Below are positions 16,123 through 25,177 of a DNA stretch of 64,000 nt, in pieces. Under the pieces are notes generated by a model. It was not told the origin of the DNA. It ran no database searches and was given only the letters and a program-made list of their open reading frames with translations. Position 1 is the stretch's first letter. The number at the start of each line of letters is the position of its first letter. Position numbers and translations under genes: made by a program. The DNA comes from Gammaproteobacteria bacterium (lineage in GTDB: Bacteria > Pseudomonadota > Gammaproteobacteria > Eutrophobiales > Eutrophobiaceae): positions 2,392,325 through 2,456,324 of the forward strand of contig CBDEUD010000003.1 of assembly GCA_965243115.1 (NCBI GenBank). The letters are read 5' to 3'.

Positions 16123-16979
16123 ATTTCGGTCAGTTTGAAATCATAGACTTCTTCAGCACTGATTGCAGCACCCTCACCCAGTTCTGTGCCCAGGTCGGCC
16201 AGGCCTGCCTGTAAACTCTCCGGATCGACATATCCATTCGGCGTATAACAGGGCAAGATCAATTCATAGGTTTTTACCGCATCCTCATGGGAGATATTCA
16301 TTGCATCCTGAAGAATGGAATGGATATCAGCCGGTGAATCGCGGATGACGGCCAAGCTCCGCCGGTAGACGCCGACCAGGCGTTCCACCAAACCGGGATC
16401 TTCCTCCGCGATCTTTTCAGTAGTGGCGATACCGCTGGTCACAAACCTTATCTCGTCTCCCACTAGGCTAAGGATATTCAATCCCAGCCGTTGTACCGTC
16501 ACCGGCGAGACAGCGGAACTGATCAGCGCCGCATCCACAGCGCCTGCGCGCAGCAGGCCGAGACGGATGGCATCATCCCGGGTCGGTTTCAACTCGACAT
16601 CCGTATCGGGATCGAGGCCATGGTTGCGCACGGCGATGCGGTTGAACCAGTATGGCGGGGCAAGCGGCGGGTAGGTCGCGATACGCTTACCGGCAAGCTG
16701 TTCGACGCCGTCCGTCCCTGCAGCGCCATATAACCAGAACATCGGTTTGGTAACGGCAGCCAGATAAACCCTGAAAGAAACGTTTTGAGAAAAAGCCGCG
16801 GCGCCGCAGGCAACCTGGAAATAATCCGCAACCGGAAGCTTGTCATCCGGCGTAAACGTGGTATCGACCAGTCTTACGTCCAGGCCTGCAGATGCATAAA
16901 AACCGCCGCGCCGGGCGACAAAATGGCACAGCAGTTCATGAATATCAAATGCCTTGATACCGCATTCGATGGTTTTCAT
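16119..16979 (-). CDS. NMT1/THI5-like or SsuA-like substrate-binding-fold protein (no signal peptide)
   Basis: 286 aa with a periplasmic-binding-protein type 2-like sequence character. Assigned by general resemblance only. Confidence 0.4.
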   Translation of the reverse strand: MKTIECGIKAFDIHELLCHFVARRGGFYASAGLDVRLVDTTFTPDDKLPVADYFQVACGAAAFSQNVSFRVYLAAVTKPMFWLYGAAGTDGVEQLAGKRIATYPPLAPPYWFNRIAVRNHGLDPDTDVELKPTRDDAIRLGLLRAGAVDAALISSAVSPVTVQRLGLNILSLVGDEIRFVTSGIATTEKIAEEDPGLVERLVGVYRRSLAVIRDSPADIHSILQDAMNISHEDAVKTYELILPCYTPNGYVDPESLQAGLADLGTELGEGAAISAEEVYDFKLTEI

Positions 16980-16991
16980 TTGCTGGTTATG

Positions 16992-17225
16992 TCATTCAAG
17001 AGGCAGGATGTTGTGCGAGTAGTCTTCCGGTTCCAGGGTTGTGAGGTTTGCCCGGGACTGGCGCATCCCGTAAGTTGTCACGGTTTCAGGTTCACAATCG
17101 CGCCAGGTGAAAGAACAATCCAGGCAATGGTACACGGTCCAGACAACCGTGTCGCCATGCAGCCCCTGGCGTTCCACCCGGCAACGGTCGGCTTCTGCAG
17201 CACAGCGGGGACATTGGATATTCAT
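16992..17225 (-). CDS. BsdD/VdcD-like small zinc-ribbon protein (phenolic acid decarboxylase subunit D paralog)
   Basis: CPRC...C..CSFTWRDCEPE matches B. subtilis BsdD (CPRC...CQTCFFTWRSCEPE). ~45% identical to the ORF at 39363-39596 in this same window. Confidence 0.7.
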   Translation of the reverse strand: MNIQCPRCAAEADRCRVERQGLHGDTVVWTVYHCLDCSFTWRDCEPETVTTYGMRQSRANLTTLEPEDYSHNILPLE

Positions 17226-17313
17226 ATAATTGGACTATAATACATAGGTTGAACAGTTAGTTGAAGATCGCTTAACATTTATCCATCCCGTACTTATTTA
17301 TTCTCTGACCCCG

Positions 17314-18621
17314 ATGAAACAACTGATTATCCCGGTTATCCTGCTTTTCCTGGCGCAGCAGGTACACGCTGACGATCCGCCGTTATATCCCTATCCCGCT
17401 CCGGAAGATATTACCCTGGAAGACATCGTTCCCGCAGCGATGGACAATCTCAGCCGGCCGGGATACGTTCCCGGAATGAAGCCGGGGGAAAAGGTCTTGA
17501 TCGTTTCCGATCGTTCCGTGGATCCGCTGGCTGCCGAAGCCTTCTACGTTGCCGCGTGGCGCCTGGGCGCAAGCCAGGTGGATACGATTATGCTGCAAGG
17601 CCGCCTGGACGTGACCGACCCTACTGAACTGGTCCTCGAGATCTTCGAGAAAGATCCGTGGCCGCAATGGGTATGGGACACCGCCGCGGGTTATGACAGG
17701 GTATTGCCGTTGTCCTTTATCAACCCGGTCAACCTGATGCCGGCCGTCAACGTTCCCGGCGTCGGCTGGAAGAACAAATGGGCCCACGATACCGATACCG
17801 TGCTTCACATGCTGTGGAATACGCACCAGCAACGCCAGCGCCTCGCCGCCAACAGGGACTACCCCGATGAACTTGTCTGGGCGCTGATCCGCAAGGGTTA
17901 CGACACCATGCGCAGCGGTAAAAAATTTCACCTGACCGATCCCAACGGCACGGACCTGCGGTGGACGCTGGATGAGCAGATGTGGGAAGGTTATAACGAG
18001 TTATGGGGTGATATCGTCAACAACCACTCGCCGCGAATCCACCTCAGTGACAACCCGGAAATGCAAGGCGTTTTCGTATCGGACCACCTGCATTCCGGCC
18101 GTATCCCTACAATTGAACTGCACATTGATAAAGGCAAGGTCACAGAGGTAAAAGGCGGCGGCAGCATGGGTGATTACCTGCGCACCGCGTTTGAAAAATA
18201 CAAGGACGTCCAGTACCCGCACTTCCCCGGCCCGGGGGTTAACTGGGTGGAGTACCTGGTCTGGGGTTTTTACCCGGTCCCCGGTTACGAACCGCTGCCG
18301 GACATCCCGGAGATGGCCTGGTCCGGCAAGTGGTGGACCTACAACATCGACCTGAAAGCGGGCTTGGTCCATATTGCCGTCGGCACGACGGCCGGCGGAT
18401 TTACCGCGGAATTCACCAGGGAGCACGGCTATCCCGTGCATCACAAGGACTTCGTGATCTACCGGCCGACGTTGACGGTGGACGGGGAAGTAATCATCGA
18501 GCGCGGCCACCTCACGGCGCTGGATGACCCGGAGATCCGCGCCATCGCCGCCAAATACGGCGATCCGGACACGCTGCTGAAACAACCGTGGAGCCCGGAT
18601 CAGGACCCGCGTTTCAGGTAA
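17314..18621 (+). CDS. exported hypothetical protein (signal peptide), family not recognised
   Basis: N-terminal signal MKQLIIPVILLFLAQQVHA. 435 aa. No diagnostic motif that I can name with confidence. Confidence 0.45.
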   Translation: MKQLIIPVILLFLAQQVHADDPPLYPYPAPEDITLEDIVPAAMDNLSRPGYVPGMKPGEKVLIVSDRSVDPLAAEAFYVAAWRLGASQVDTIMLQGRLDVTDPTELVLEIFEKDPWPQWVWDTAAGYDRVLPLSFINPVNLMPAVNVPGVGWKNKWAHDTDTVLHMLWNTHQQRQRLAANRDYPDELVWALIRKGYDTMRSGKKFHLTDPNGTDLRWTLDEQMWEGYNELWGDIVNNHSPRIHLSDNPEMQGVFVSDHLHSGRIPTIELHIDKGKVTEVKGGGSMGDYLRTAFEKYKDVQYPHFPGPGVNWVEYLVWGFYPVPGYEPLPDIPEMAWSGKWWTYNIDLKAGLVHIAVGTTAGGFTAEFTREHGYPVHHKDFVIYRPTLTVDGEVIIERGHLTALDDPEIRAIAAKYGDPDTLLKQPWSPDQDPRFR

Positions 18622-18634
18622 CCGGTTGCCGGGT

Positions 18635-20080
18635 TCACGGCAACATCCTTTCAATGGATTGCACGAACCGGCTGTAGTTGCGGCGACGCCCGCTTGAGCG
18701 GGTGTGGAGTTCGTCCCGCACCTGCCACACGCTGGCTGTTTTCACCAGGCCGGCCGTCTCCCGGAACGACAAACACCGGTCATCCCATTCCAGCCCCAGG
18801 AAATGCAGCAATCGCCGCACTGTCTGTTCCGGTGAGGCCACGAGTTCATCGTAGTCGACCGTAAAGATGTTTTCTGCGAAACAGCTTTGCCAGTGCGCCA
18901 TCAACCGTTCGTGCTGCCGGTAGTAATGGGCAGTGTCTTCCAGGCCGGTGGCATAACTGAGGTTGCCGCCGAGTTGCTGGAAGTATATCGACAGGCAGTT
19001 ATCAACCGCGTTGCGCTTGGTATAGACGATACGCGCGGCCGGAAACAGGGCCTTGACCAGGCCCAGGTGCAGGAAGTTGTCCGGCCGCTTGTCGGTGATG
19101 CGGTCTGCGCCAGGAAACTGCATCCGCAACCTGGACAGGTATTCCTGTCCCAGTTTATCCAGCTTTTCCCGCGCCGCGCCCGCGACTCCGTCCGGGTACG
19201 GTGCCAGCCTCTCCGCCACCAGCCACGGCAGGTAATCCAGTTCACCGGCGGCGGTGATCGACGGATGACCTGCCAGGACCTGCTCGATGAGGGTCGAACC
19301 GGAGCGGAACATGCCGCAGATGAAGATCGGTGTTGCCGTTGAAGCGGTAGTTACCCGCCTGATCCATTCGGGTGTAAACAGTTCGACTATCCGCTCGAAG
19401 CCCTGCTCCGCGGCGCCCCTGTCATAGGGTTGATTGCGCAGCCTGCCCATGTCGTTGGCGGTGCGGTACGCCGCGAAGGCGTCCTCGTACTGCCCGAGAT
19501 CGTCCAACGCCTTGCCCAGTGCAAAACAGAGTCCCTCTCTTGCCAGGGGGTCGTTGCCTGCATCCGCTGCCGCGCGCCTGAGTGATTCGACCAGCCCCCC
19601 GTCAGCGTCCGTTATCGTCCTTGCCCGGGCGAGCCGCGCCAGCGCATCACAGTGTCCGGGATCAATAGCGAGTATCCGTCCATATAATTCCGTTGCCCCT
19701 TGTCTTTCTCCCAATTCCTCAAACAGCCCGGCTAGGTTGAACAGCGCAGGAACATAAGCGGGATCGATGTTGAGGGCGCGCTCGTACATCTCCCTGGCTT
19801 GCGCCGGTTGACGCATCTCGGAATACAACACGCCCATGTTGGAATAGACTTCCTGAACATCGTCAATACCGTGTCTTATGGCCTCCCCGTAGGCGCTCAC
19901 GGCGTCAGCATATCGCTTGCCCTTCTTGTACAGCAACGCCAGGTTGAAATGGGCAACCGCATGCCCGGGCTGCCGTTTCAGCAGGCGCCGGTATTGGCTG
20001 ATTGCCTCATCCGTCCGGCCAAGTCCGTCCAGCAGGCCGGCGCGTTCAAATACCTGTTGGAATTCCGTATGCGATTTCAC
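18635..20080 (-). CDS. TPR-repeat protein with C-terminal sulfotransferase domain
   Basis: N-terminal TPR-like repeats (AHFNLALLYKKGKRYADAVSAYGEAI...). C-terminal PAPS-binding 5'-PSB motif FRSGSTLIEQVL. Confidence 0.8.
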   Translation of the reverse strand: MKSHTEFQQVFERAGLLDGLGRTDEAISQYRRLLKRQPGHAVAHFNLALLYKKGKRYADAVSAYGEAIRHGIDDVQEVYSNMGVLYSEMRQPAQAREMYERALNIDPAYVPALFNLAGLFEELGERQGATELYGRILAIDPGHCDALARLARARTITDADGGLVESLRRAAADAGNDPLAREGLCFALGKALDDLGQYEDAFAAYRTANDMGRLRNQPYDRGAAEQGFERIVELFTPEWIRRVTTASTATPIFICGMFRSGSTLIEQVLAGHPSITAAGELDYLPWLVAERLAPYPDGVAGAAREKLDKLGQEYLSRLRMQFPGADRITDKRPDNFLHLGLVKALFPAARIVYTKRNAVDNCLSIYFQQLGGNLSYATGLEDTAHYYRQHERLMAHWQSCFAENIFTVDYDELVASPEQTVRRLLHFLGLEWDDRCLSFRETAGLVKTASVWQVRDELHTRSSGRRRNYSRFVQSIERMLP

Positions 20081-20109
20081 GAGTTACACATTTCCCGGTA
20101 TTGGGGGCT

Positions 20110-21990
20110 TCAGTCTCTGTTGTTTTCACCATGGACCGGAACCACATCGAACGCCACGCTCATGCGCGCTTCATCCGCTTCAAAGGGCACCGTTCCGTGC
20201 CACATATAAGAGGGAAACAGTACCAATCGCCCGGTAGACGGCTGGATAACCCGGCGCGCCTCACCATAACTGCCGAGATCAATATCCGGTTCACCGAACT
20301 TTATCCCTCCACCGTTAGCCCCGGAGCCGGTGATAGCTGCCGGCACCTGGACATAACAGGCGGAACTGATCCATCCCAGCGGATGCACGTGCATGGTATG
20401 GTAACCATTTCTTTGCAAACGCACCGACCAGGACGCGGCAAAACTGAAACGCTCACAGCGGCGTAACAAGAGGGGATGTTCCGGGTCGCGCGGAAGCCGT
20501 TCGATATAGTCCCGGATGCAATGTTCCAGGCAGGTGACCAGTTCCCCGATCTCCGGTTCACCCCGGTCGAACAGGTCGCCGTGGGTCTGCGTCCCGCCTC
20601 GTAATGTCTGCTCGGGGGGATGGCGTTTGCCAAGGTGCAGGGAGTTGAGGGTGTCGCTTAATTTCCCGTTGAATTGTTCCGCATCGGCGTATCTTGCAGG
20701 CGCAGGCACGTCATAAACCCGGATAAATTTTTCGTAATCGTTGAGGATACCGTCCCGTTCGTCGTCCAGCATGCGCCAGCACAGCCCCAGGTAAGCGATG
20801 GCCCGCTGGTTGAACGGTATCTCCCGTATTGCCTGTTCGGCGTGAGGTAACGCCTCGTCCGGCCGCCGGCAGGCCAGCAATGCCCGCGCGTAGCTGACGC
20901 GATGGTTGGGCACTACTTCCGGCGCGGCCGCCGCGTCCCCATGCATCGCCAGTGCCTCATCCCAACGCTGCTGTCCTTCCAGGGTATAGCCAAGCTGGCT
21001 CTTGAGTTCGCTGGAATCCGGCGTATAGCGCAGCCCCTGTCTCAATACCCGTTCCGCCTCCTCGAATGCCCCCTTCTGATTCAGGGCAACCGCACAGGCC
21101 ATGGCAAGTTGTTCCGAGCCCGGGCGTTTGACCAGAGCCTCATGGTAGGACTTCAGGTGCTCTCCCAGCAGTTCCTGCTCCCACAACAGCGTATTCAGGT
21201 TACGATGGCTGGTGATGTCCTCGGGATTCCGCTTTATTGCGGCTCGGTAGGAGTCCATGGCGCTGCCGATATCCAGGGAATCAACCTGGGTGCTGCCGAG
21301 GTTCTGGTACAGTTCGGCCCGGTCCAGGCCCAGCCGGCGGGCAGCTTGCAAGTGTTTGATCGCATCGGACGGGCGTTGCCTGGCCCGCAGGCAAACACCC
21401 AGGTTGTGGTGCGCCTCGGCATAATCCGGACGCAGTTCGAGGGCCTTTTGGTAATTTTGAATCGCCTGATCGAAATCATCCTGTTGCTTGAATACGTTAC
21501 CGAGGCCCAGGCAGGCGGCGGCATCACCGGGACGGAGTTCCAGGCAACGCCGAAAGGATGTTCCGGCCGTCTCATAGCGTCCCTGTTCCAGGCAGCATAA
21601 GCCCAGGTTCCGCCACGCATCGACGTAACGGGGATGCAATCTCACCGCCTCGGAGTAGCTTTGCGCGGCTTCCTCATGCCTGCCGCTCAGGGACAGCGCA
21701 TTGCCCAGGTTGTTGGCGACCTCGGCCTGCTGCGGAAACCGGCGCAGGGATTCCCGCATAAATTCGATGGCGGTCTGGTATTCCCCGCGCTGCGAGTGGA
21801 GCAACCCCACGAGCTGCAGCGCCGTCGGATGGTCCGGATGCTGCGCCAGAAAGCGGTAATAGAGCGGCTCGGCCGCATCCAGGTTACCGGCTTCATGATC
21901 GGCTATAGCCTGTTGCAGCAAGGGTGGAAACCTGGATGAACTTTTTATCGCCATATATCGGTATGTCCGGCCACATGAACAGCGCGCCAA
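20110..21990 (-). CDS. TPR-repeat protein with C-terminal 2OG-Fe(II) oxygenase-like domain (TIGR02466-like)
   Basis: Multiple TPR units (AEAHHNLGVCL, AELYQNLGSTQ etc.). C-terminus HVHPLGWISSACYVQVP...LVLFPSYMWHGTVPF...RMSVAFDV resembles the small PhyH-like 2OG oxygenase family. Confidence 0.7.
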   Translation of the reverse strand: MARCSCGRTYRYMAIKSSSRFPPLLQQAIADHEAGNLDAAEPLYYRFLAQHPDHPTALQLVGLLHSQRGEYQTAIEFMRESLRRFPQQAEVANNLGNALSLSGRHEEAAQSYSEAVRLHPRYVDAWRNLGLCCLEQGRYETAGTSFRRCLELRPGDAAACLGLGNVFKQQDDFDQAIQNYQKALELRPDYAEAHHNLGVCLRARQRPSDAIKHLQAARRLGLDRAELYQNLGSTQVDSLDIGSAMDSYRAAIKRNPEDITSHRNLNTLLWEQELLGEHLKSYHEALVKRPGSEQLAMACAVALNQKGAFEEAERVLRQGLRYTPDSSELKSQLGYTLEGQQRWDEALAMHGDAAAAPEVVPNHRVSYARALLACRRPDEALPHAEQAIREIPFNQRAIAYLGLCWRMLDDERDGILNDYEKFIRVYDVPAPARYADAEQFNGKLSDTLNSLHLGKRHPPEQTLRGGTQTHGDLFDRGEPEIGELVTCLEHCIRDYIERLPRDPEHPLLLRRCERFSFAASWSVRLQRNGYHTMHVHPLGWISSACYVQVPAAITGSGANGGGIKFGEPDIDLGSYGEARRVIQPSTGRLVLFPSYMWHGTVPFEADEARMSVAFDVVPVHGENNRD

Positions 21991-22001
21991 TCATAACCCA
22001 T

Positions 22002-22030
22002 AAAAAGAAACGGCGGGCATATGCCCACCG
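22002..22030 (-). terminator. rho-independent terminator downstream of the large TonB receptor gene
   Basis: On the minus strand: stem CGGTGGGCAT/ATGCCCGCCG (one mismatch, contains the palindrome GGGCATATGCCC) followed by TTTCTTTTT. Confidence 0.6.
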
Positions 22031-22053
22031 TCCCTTAACCAACCACTACGCCC

Positions 22054-25020
22054 TCAGAACTTCTGGGAGACCCCGAAGAACAGGTAACGGCCCAGGGTAT
22101 CCCACATGCCCGGGATCGTGTTGCCGTTGCCATAGACCGAAACATTGCCGAAGAAACCGCTGACCGGCGGGTCATTATCCAACAGGTTGCTGACCCCCAT
22201 GCTCAACGTGGTTTCACCGATGCCTATAAATCCCGGCGTATAGTCAACGGACATGTCGATATAGTTCTCGGTGCCGGAACTGTAGCGATCATTGGCAAAT
22301 TCATCGACGCCGCTGATATAACGCCAGCTTCCGGCAAATGTCATGTTCCAGGGCGAGGTCCAGACCGCACCGAAGTTGTGCCGCCACTTCGGCCGCGGAC
22401 GGACGCAGGTGCTGGCGTAATAGCCCGCACAGTCTTCAACCACGGCGCCGGGTGTCAACTGTTGCTCGAATTTCTCCAGCCAGGTGCCGCGGAAGGTAAA
22501 CTCCAGGGCGCCGTAATTGCCCGGTTCCATGACATAATTGCCGAAGAAATCCATCCCCGAGGTCTCGAAAAAACCGATGTTGATATTGGTCGAGACGATA
22601 TTGGGCGCGGTCGCGCTGCTGCCGATCCAGAGGTTGCCGTTGGGTCCGCGATTGACCTGTGAGCAGAAGACCGGGTCCCCGGTCAGGCCGCACTGGTTGA
22701 CAATGAACTCCGGCTCCACGTCATCGATCGCGTCCAGGATCTCGATACTCCAGTAATCGATACTGACCGTCAGTCCCGGAATAATGTCTTCAGGAGTAAT
22801 GACCGCGCCGATGGTGAACGTGTTGGCCTTCTCCGGGGCGAGTTCGGTATTGCCGCCGAAAGTGGCATTGTACTGGCCGGCAGGACTCAGGGGTATGTTG
22901 CCGTACTGCTCCGCCGTCACCCCTGAATTCGCGCACTGCGACTGGGATTGTATCGGCGCAGAACCGGCGCAGGGGTCGACCCCGGACCACAGCCCCAGGT
23001 TGCGCGGTTCGAACAGCTCCCTGATGTTCGCGGCCCTGACCGCGCGGGAATAACCGCCGCGTAACTTCAGGCTGTCCACCGGTGTCCATTCCGTCAGGAT
23101 CTTGTAGGTGTCCGTTGTATGTCCCGTGCTGTAATCGGAGTAACGGTAGCCGACGTCGAGAGTCAGTGACTGGAACATGGGCTGGTACTCCACCAGGGGG
23201 ATCCTGGCTTCAACAAAGAACTCGGCGACATCGACCTCGCCATCCACGGGTGGGACCGGACCGCCCTGGCCGGCGCCGTCACCGGTCCGGTAGCCCAGGT
23301 CGGGGTTAAACTCCATTTTCTCGTCCCGGTATTCACCTCCGAACACGACTTGTACGCCGTCCGTCGCCATGGGACTGACAAGCCCGTAGTTGGTCAGGTC
23401 GCCGGATACGTAGGCGACGTACTGGTCCTGGTCCAGGTTGCCCGAAGCGAACAGGGGTATCTGCAGGTAGTCGAGCGCTTCCTGCGTCACGCCGCCCGCC
23501 TGGAAGACGTTCCAGGGTGCGCAAGTGGGGTCGGTGCCGTCTACGACGGATTGGCAGGTCGGCACGCCATCGACGTTGACTACATCCAGCGCCCTTATGA
23601 TGCGGGTGGTGGACAGGTCGTTGTTGTACAACTTGCTCAGGCGCGTGCGCGAGATGTTGACAAACGCATCGTAACTCCAGTTATCGTTAATATCCCCCTT
23701 GATACCACCCAGGCCTCGATACGAGGTATGGGTTATGTCGTCATTGCGAAACCCGCCTTCGACATTGCGGCGGCCGATATATATCGGCAATACGTCTGCC
23801 GGGTCCGTGCAACCGATGGCGGCGAACTGCTGCGCCGACAGGAAGGCGTTGCTGCAGTTCAGCGTGGAAGTCACGAAAAATGCGCCCGATGGCGCGATCT
23901 GTGCATTGGTGCGGTCGTCCATGAACTGGAATTCCACGTACCCTTCCAGGTGTTCGTTGACCTCGTAGTTGCCGAACAGTCCGGCCGTGTAGCGCTCATC
24001 CGGACGCTGAAAGTGATTTGGCGGGGCGTAGTTGTAGAATGAGAAATCCCAGGGGACAAATTCATTGCCTGCGACCGTGTAGTAGAAGGTGCCGTCGAAG
24101 GGTGTAAACAGGCCGGTCGGCAGCGTTGCGGAACCGGCGCAGGTATCGCCCGTTCCTCCCCCACTCAGCGCACAGGCGCTGAAATCACGTTCCGACTGGG
24201 TAAGCGCATTGGTTTCACGATAGCCGAGGTAGCCGGTAATGTTGCCCCTGCCGTCGCCCGTGTTGACGCCGAAAGTCACGTTCACGTCGTGCCCTTCGCC
24301 ATCAAAGACGCTGTCGGGGGCCTGTTCGAAACCCCTGGCTTCAACTGCGGCCTGGACATCCTCGTTGCCTGAATCGTGCTGGTACCCGGAATACTGGTAG
24401 TCGATCTGGATCCCTTCAAAGTCCTTTTTCATGATAAAGTTGACCACGCCTGACATCGCATCGGATCCATAGGTAGCAGAGGCGCCGCCGGTCAGCACCT
24501 CGATCCGTTCGATCAGCGCCCCCGGCACCTGGTTGATGTCCGGGGCGAGCGCGGTTACGTCACCGAACCCCATGCGGTGCCCGTTGGTCAGAACCAGCGT
24601 GCGGTCCGATCCCAGGCCGCGCAGGTCTATCGTCGCCGACCCGGTGGCGCCGTTGGATTCGTTGGCGGTCAATTCCGGCACTATCGACGGCAGGTCATTG
24701 ATCAGGTCTTCGACACGGGTAATGCCGCGGAAGCTGAGCTCTTCCGACTTGACCGTGGTTACCGGGCTGGACGTAACCAGGTTGGGGTCAGCGGCAATGC
24801 GTGATCCCGTGACGACTACCTCCTCCAGGGTTTCCTGCTGCGCCTGCTGGGCGCTTGCAGGGGTGGAAGCGCTGACGGCGGTTGCCGCTATGGCAACGGT
24901 TGACATTGCCCGGTTTACCGCCAATGAGAGTGGATTTCTTCGAAACATTTTGACTTCCCCTACTGCTGAATTTATTGCAAATTTTGATTTGTTGCGGAAT
25001 AAAGACATTGAAATTATCAC
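22054..25020 (-). CDS. TonB-dependent outer-membrane receptor (large, 988 aa)
   Basis: Signal peptide. Plug motif ETLEEVVVTGSRIA...DLINDLP. C-terminal beta-barrel ending ...FFGVSQKF, the canonical terminal Phe. Confidence 0.85.
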   Translation of the reverse strand: MIISMSLFRNKSKFAINSAVGEVKMFRRNPLSLAVNRAMSTVAIAATAVSASTPASAQQAQQETLEEVVVTGSRIAADPNLVTSSPVTTVKSEELSFRGITRVEDLINDLPSIVPELTANESNGATGSATIDLRGLGSDRTLVLTNGHRMGFGDVTALAPDINQVPGALIERIEVLTGGASATYGSDAMSGVVNFIMKKDFEGIQIDYQYSGYQHDSGNEDVQAAVEARGFEQAPDSVFDGEGHDVNVTFGVNTGDGRGNITGYLGYRETNALTQSERDFSACALSGGGTGDTCAGSATLPTGLFTPFDGTFYYTVAGNEFVPWDFSFYNYAPPNHFQRPDERYTAGLFGNYEVNEHLEGYVEFQFMDDRTNAQIAPSGAFFVTSTLNCSNAFLSAQQFAAIGCTDPADVLPIYIGRRNVEGGFRNDDITHTSYRGLGGIKGDINDNWSYDAFVNISRTRLSKLYNNDLSTTRIIRALDVVNVDGVPTCQSVVDGTDPTCAPWNVFQAGGVTQEALDYLQIPLFASGNLDQDQYVAYVSGDLTNYGLVSPMATDGVQVVFGGEYRDEKMEFNPDLGYRTGDGAGQGGPVPPVDGEVDVAEFFVEARIPLVEYQPMFQSLTLDVGYRYSDYSTGHTTDTYKILTEWTPVDSLKLRGGYSRAVRAANIRELFEPRNLGLWSGVDPCAGSAPIQSQSQCANSGVTAEQYGNIPLSPAGQYNATFGGNTELAPEKANTFTIGAVITPEDIIPGLTVSIDYWSIEILDAIDDVEPEFIVNQCGLTGDPVFCSQVNRGPNGNLWIGSSATAPNIVSTNINIGFFETSGMDFFGNYVMEPGNYGALEFTFRGTWLEKFEQQLTPGAVVEDCAGYYASTCVRPRPKWRHNFGAVWTSPWNMTFAGSWRYISGVDEFANDRYSSGTENYIDMSVDYTPGFIGIGETTLSMGVSNLLDNDPPVSGFFGNVSVYGNGNTIPGMWDTLGRYLFFGVSQKF

Positions 25021-25078
25021 GCAATACTCATTTTTTTTTCATGAAATCCTCATAAGTATAGTACATCAAGATATAAAA

Positions 25079-25135
25079 GATATATGAATATTTATTCATA
25101 ATTAATGTCGATATATATGAATATTTATTCATAAT
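25079..25135. promoter_or_regulatory. two direct copies of a 23-bp unit, each containing the palindrome ATGAATA-TT-TATTCAT, in the TonB receptor promoter region
   Basis: gatatatgaatatttattcataat at 25079-25102 and again at 25112-25135. Lies in the AT-rich region immediately upstream of the TonB receptor start codon. Confidence 0.55.
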
Positions 25136-25177
25136 GGATGTTGTTACTTAAATACAATATAGCCCGGACAAGAGGCT

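Noticed and set aside
25079-25135. Calling the TonB receptor promoter palindromes canonical Fur boxes
   Set aside because: AT-rich dyad symmetry is Fur-like, but the sequence ATGAATATTTATTCAT does not match the GATAATGATAATCATTATC consensus well enough. It is kept only as a generic operator candidate.
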